From positions 1-62,678 of the forward strand of contig DASUFW010000307.1 of assembly GCA_036274335.1 (NCBI GenBank): DNA of 62,678 nt, read 5' to 3'. Of this stretch, positions 59,395-62,678 are shown one piece after another. The position numbers were made by a program, and so were the translations under genes. The first letter of the stretch is position 1. Every line of letters begins with the position of its first letter. The notes beneath the pieces were generated by a model. The model made no database searches. It was not told where the DNA came from and saw nothing but the letters and a program-made list of their open reading frames with translations. This DNA is from Burkholderiales bacterium (GTDB taxonomy: Bacteria; Pseudomonadota; Gammaproteobacteria; Burkholderiales; SG8-39).

Positions 59395-60570
59395 CTATTC
59401 GCGCGGCTGGGGCTTGGGCCGCCGCCCGACCGTCACCTCGACCTCGAGACGCTCCGCCTGGCGCTGCAGCTGCATGCGCGCGCGCGAGCCCGGCTGCAGC
59501 TCGGCGACGAGATTGAGCATCACCTGCGGGTCGGAGACCGGCCTGCCGTTGATCGCGGTGAGCACGTCGCCCGGCTTCACGCCGGCGTGGTCGGCGGGGC
59601 CGCCGCGCAGCACGCCGGCGATGATCGCCCCGCGCACGTCCCCGAGCTTGAAGGATTCCGCGAGGGCCGGCGTGAGCTCCTGCACCTCGACGCCGATCCA
59701 GCCGCGCGTCACGGTGCCGCTCTTCACGATCTGGTCGAGCACCATCTTCGCCGTCGACACGGGGATCGCGAAGCCGATGCCCATCGAGCCGCCGGTGGGC
59801 GAATAGATCGCCGTATTGATGCCCACCAGCTCGCCATTGGCGTCCACCAGCGCACCCCCCGAGTTGCCCGGATTGATGGCGGCGTCGGTCTGGATGAAGT
59901 TCTCGAAGGTGTTGATGTGCAGGCCGCTGCGCCCGAGCGCGGACACGATGCCCGAGGTCACGGTCTGGCCGAATCCGAACGGGTTGCCGATGGCGAGCAC
60001 CGGGTCCCCGACCTGCAGGGACTCCGAGCGGCCGAAAGTGATGGCGGGCAGTCCTTCGGCGCTGACGCGCAGCACGGCGAGGTCGGTGTCCGGGTCGATG
60101 CCCACCACCTTGGCGAGCATCTTCTTGCCGTCGGAGAGCGCCACCTCGATTTCGTCGGCCGCATCCACGACGTGGTGGTTGGTGAGGATGTAGCCCGACG
60201 GGCTCACGATCACCCCGGAGCCGAGGCTCGAGGCGCGCTGCGGCTCGCTGCCCAGCTGGTCGCCGAAGAAGCGCCGGAACAGGGGATCGTTGAGCAGCGG
60301 GTTGCGCCGCGCGGGCAGCTCCTTGGACGTGAAGATGTTGACCACGGCGGGCGTGGCGCGCCCGACCGCGTCGTGGAACGACGCCGTCTGGCGGACGCTG
60401 CGCGCGGGCGGCGGCGCGGCGACGACCGGCGAGGGCGCGGCGGCCGCCGGGGCCGGCTCGCGATCCGCCGAGCCGGGCAGCCACTCCGGCTTGAAGGTCG
60501 ACACGACGAACAGCACCGCGACGCAGACGGTCGCGGTCTGCGCAAAGATCAGCCAGAGGCGGTGCAGCAT
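59395..60570 (-). CDS. HtrA-family serine protease with one PDZ domain (DegS/AlgW-like)
   Basis: 391 aa with an N-terminal TM anchor. The catalytic triad context is present (TNHHVV, DLAVL, GNSGGAL), followed by a single PDZ domain. Confidence 0.85.
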   Translation of the reverse strand: MLHRLWLIFAQTATVCVAVLFVVSTFKPEWLPGSADREPAPAAAAPSPVVAAPPPARSVRQTASFHDAVGRATPAVVNIFTSKELPARRNPLLNDPLFRRFFGDQLGSEPQRASSLGSGVIVSPSGYILTNHHVVDAADEIEVALSDGKKMLAKVVGIDPDTDLAVLRVSAEGLPAITFGRSESLQVGDPVLAIGNPFGFGQTVTSGIVSALGRSGLHINTFENFIQTDAAINPGNSGGALVDANGELVGINTAIYSPTGGSMGIGFAIPVSTAKMVLDQIVKSGTVTRGWIGVEVQELTPALAESFKLGDVRGAIIAGVLRGGPADHAGVKPGDVLTAINGRPVSDPQVMLNLVAELQPGSRARMQLQRQAERLEVEVTVGRRPKPQPRE

Positions 60571-60627
60571 GGAGTTCGCGAATCTAGCACATTTCCCTGC
60601 AAATTGAATCGCTTACGGCCAAAATCG

Positions 60628-60656
60628 TGGACATTTCCGCAGTGCGTCGCTAGAAT
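60628..60656 (+). promoter_or_regulatory. Candidate sigma-70 promoter for petABC
   Basis: TGGACA, a 17-nt spacer, then TAGAAT, about 50 nt upstream of the petA ATG. Confidence 0.5.
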
Positions 60657-60704
60657 GGCGCCTCTTCCGCAGACTCCCCCTCCTTCCAGAACCCGAACAA
60701 GCCC

Positions 60705-61298
60705 ATGAGTGAACAGAAGAAAGTGGACAAGACGCGCCGCAACCTCGTGGTCGCGACCTCCGTCGTCGGCGGCGCGGCCAGCGTGGGCGCCGCGGTGCCG
60801 TTCGTGACCAGCATGTGGCCCTCGGAGCGGGCCAAGGCGGCGGGCGCGCCGGTGGAAGTGGACGTCTCGTCGCTCGCGCCGGGGGAGATGAAGGTCGTCG
60901 AATGGCGCGGCAAGCCGGTCTGGATCCTGCGCCGCACCCAGGAGATGCTGGAGGGAATCCGCAAGTCCGATCCGCGCGTCTCGGATCCCAAGTCCGAGGT
61001 GCTCCAGCAGCCCGAGTACGCGCAGAACGAGTTCCGCTCGCGCAAGCCCGACCTGATGGTGGTGGTCGGCGTGTGCACGCACCTCGGCTGCTCGCCGAAG
61101 GAGAAGAGCCGGGAGGACACGGCCGAGATGGGCGCCGACTGGCTGGGCGGCTTCTACTGCCCCTGCCACGGCTCCAAGTTCGACTTCGCCGGCCGCGTCT
61201 ACAAGGGCTCGCCCGCGCCCACCAACCTGGTGGTGCCGAAGTACGAGTTCCTGTCCGAGAGCACCCTCCTCATCGGCGAAGACAAGAAGGGGGCGTAG
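60705..61298 (+). CDS. petA: Ubiquinol-cytochrome c reductase iron-sulfur (Rieske) subunit
   Basis: 197 aa with a Tat-like N-terminus (TRRNLVVATS) and Rieske boxes CTHLGC and CPCHGS. Confidence 0.95.
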   Translation: MSEQKKVDKTRRNLVVATSVVGGAASVGAAVPFVTSMWPSERAKAAGAPVEVDVSSLAPGEMKVVEWRGKPVWILRRTQEMLEGIRKSDPRVSDPKSEVLQQPEYAQNEFRSRKPDLMVVVGVCTHLGCSPKEKSREDTAEMGADWLGGFYCPCHGSKFDFAGRVYKGSPAPTNLVVPKYEFLSESTLLIGEDKKGA

Positions 61299-61301
61299 AC
61301 G

Positions 61302-62537
61302 ATGGCATCGCGACTGATGGCGCTGTGGGACTGGTTCGACGCGCGCATGCCGAGCGTCGCCGAGGAGTGGCGCAAGCACGCCGCGGAGTACTACGCGCCC
61401 AAGAACTTCAACTTCTGGTACTACTTCGGCTCCCTGGCGCTGGTCGTACTGGTGCTGCAGATCGTCACGGGCATTTTCCTGACGATGAACTACAAGCCGT
61501 CCGCGGCCGATGCGTTTGCGTCGGTCGAGTACATCATGCGCGATGTCGACTGGGGCTGGCTGATCCGCTACATGCATTCCACGGGTGCGTCGGCGTTCTT
61601 CATCGTCGTCTACCTGCACATGTTCCGCGGCATCATGTACGGCTCCCACAAGAATCCACGCGAACTGGTGTGGATCTTCGGCATGCTCATTTATCTGTGC
61701 CTGATGGCGGAAGCCTTCTTCGGCTATCTGCTGCCCTGGGGCAACATGTCGTACTGGGGCGCACAGGTGATCGTGTCGCTGTTCGGTGCGATCCCGGGAG
61801 TCGGTGAGTCGCTGGTCGAATGGATCCGTGGCGACTATTACATTTCCGATATCACCCTGAATCGCTTCTTCGCGCTGCATGTGGTCGCGCTGCCGATCGC
61901 GCTGATCTTCCTGGTGATCGCGCACATCTTCGCGCTGCATGAAGTGGGATCGAACAACCCTGACGGTATCGAGATCAAGAAGCTGAAGGGTCCGGACGGC
62001 CATCCGGTCGACGGCATCCCGTTCCATCCCTACTACACGGTGAAGGATCTGGTCGGCTTCGTGGTCTTTGCCGCGCTGTTCTCCTGTGTCGTGTTCTTCG
62101 CACCCGAGATGGGCGGCTATTTCCTCGAGCACGCCAATTTCGAGCCGGCGAATGCGCTGCAGACACCGGAGCACATTGCGCCTGTCTGGTACTTCACGCC
62201 GTTCTACGCAATCCTGCGTGCGGTGCCGAACAAGCTGCTCGGTGTGATGCTGATGGGCATCGCCGTCGTGTCGTTCTTCTTCCTGCCCTGGCTGGATCGG
62301 TCCAAGGTCAAGTCGATCCGCTATCGCGGCTGGCTGTACCGCGGCTTCCTGATCGCGTTCGCCATCAGCTTCCTCGCGCTGGGTTATCTGGGTCTGAAGC
62401 CGGCAACGCCGACGTACACGAATGCGGCGCGCATCTTCGCCGTCGTTTACTTCGCATTCTTCTTCCTCATGCCCTGGTACACGCGTGCAGACCAGACCAG
62501 GCCCGTGCCCGATCGAGTGACCTATGATGCTCATTAA
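61302..62537 (+). CDS. petB: Cytochrome b
   Basis: 411 aa with a canonical cytochrome b N-terminus (YYAPKNFNFWYYFGSLAL) and haem-ligand histidines in TM helices. Confidence 0.95.
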   Translation: MASRLMALWDWFDARMPSVAEEWRKHAAEYYAPKNFNFWYYFGSLALVVLVLQIVTGIFLTMNYKPSAADAFASVEYIMRDVDWGWLIRYMHSTGASAFFIVVYLHMFRGIMYGSHKNPRELVWIFGMLIYLCLMAEAFFGYLLPWGNMSYWGAQVIVSLFGAIPGVGESLVEWIRGDYYISDITLNRFFALHVVALPIALIFLVIAHIFALHEVGSNNPDGIEIKKLKGPDGHPVDGIPFHPYYTVKDLVGFVVFAALFSCVVFFAPEMGGYFLEHANFEPANALQTPEHIAPVWYFTPFYAILRAVPNKLLGVMLMGIAVVSFFFLPWLDRSKVKSIRYRGWLYRGFLIAFAISFLALGYLGLKPATPTYTNAARIFAVVYFAFFFLMPWYTRADQTRPVPDRVTYDAH

Positions 62538-62678
62538 GAAGCCAGTCATCGTTTTTGCGCTGAGCCTCGTCGCGGCAGCGGCGGTGCCCGCGCTCAGCAG
62601 CGCTTCGGAAAGTGGCGGCCTGCAGGTTGCTCACAATGACGTGGCCAATGTCGCCTCGCTGCAGCGTGGCGCGCGCAA
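62524..62678 (+). CDS. petC: Cytochrome c1 (5' fragment, truncated by the window end)
   Basis: ATG at 62524 overlaps the petB end. Signal peptide MMLIKKPVIVFALSLVAAAAVPALS, then ...ASLQRGAR as found upstream of the c1 haem motif. Position after petB. Confidence 0.75.
   Translation, partial: MMLIKKPVIVFALSLVAAAAVPALSSASESGGLQVAHNDVANVASLQRGAR

Overview
Very GC-rich chromosomal segment whose gene order looks betaproteobacterial (Burkholderiales/Rhodocyclales-like; this is inference from synteny). Most of the window is conserved housekeeping and envelope operons. Left to right: a TRAP transporter; a lipoprotein hydrolase, a 5'-nucleotidase and asmA; an M20 amidohydrolase and mutY; the kdsDC-lptCAB-rpoN-hpf-ptsN-hprK-rapZ cluster (minus strand, listed in transcription order); and a CPA2 antiporter. 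On the right: mlaFEDACB, an ABC-2 exporter, ibaG-murA, hisGDCBHAFIE plus a HIT gene, tatABC, a LIV-type amino-acid ABC importer, a DegS/AlgW-like protease, and petABC (petC truncated by the window end). I saw no rRNA, tRNA, CRISPR array or mobile element. The one accessory-looking block is about 20 kb (19838..39573) and encodes an MSHA-like type IV filament system with an unusual layout. A 12-gene minus-strand operon runs ABC ATPase, sigma-54 response regulator, then mshM/L/N/E/G-like genes, a PilM-PilN fusion, a PilO-like protein, a small secreted protein, a 608-aa Cys-rich pseudopilin-like protein and a minor pilin. Next comes a polytopic histidine kinase on the opposite strand, then an ABC-2 permease coupled to an unknown membrane protein. 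Last are two tandem 213-aa pilin paralogs, preceded by a good -24/-12 (sigma-54) promoter match and separated by a strong terminator. I rate this locus (pilus plus a split ABC transporter plus a split sigma-54 two-component system) the best candidate for an undescribed system variant. All family assignments come from motif recognition by eye and need HMM or structure confirmation.
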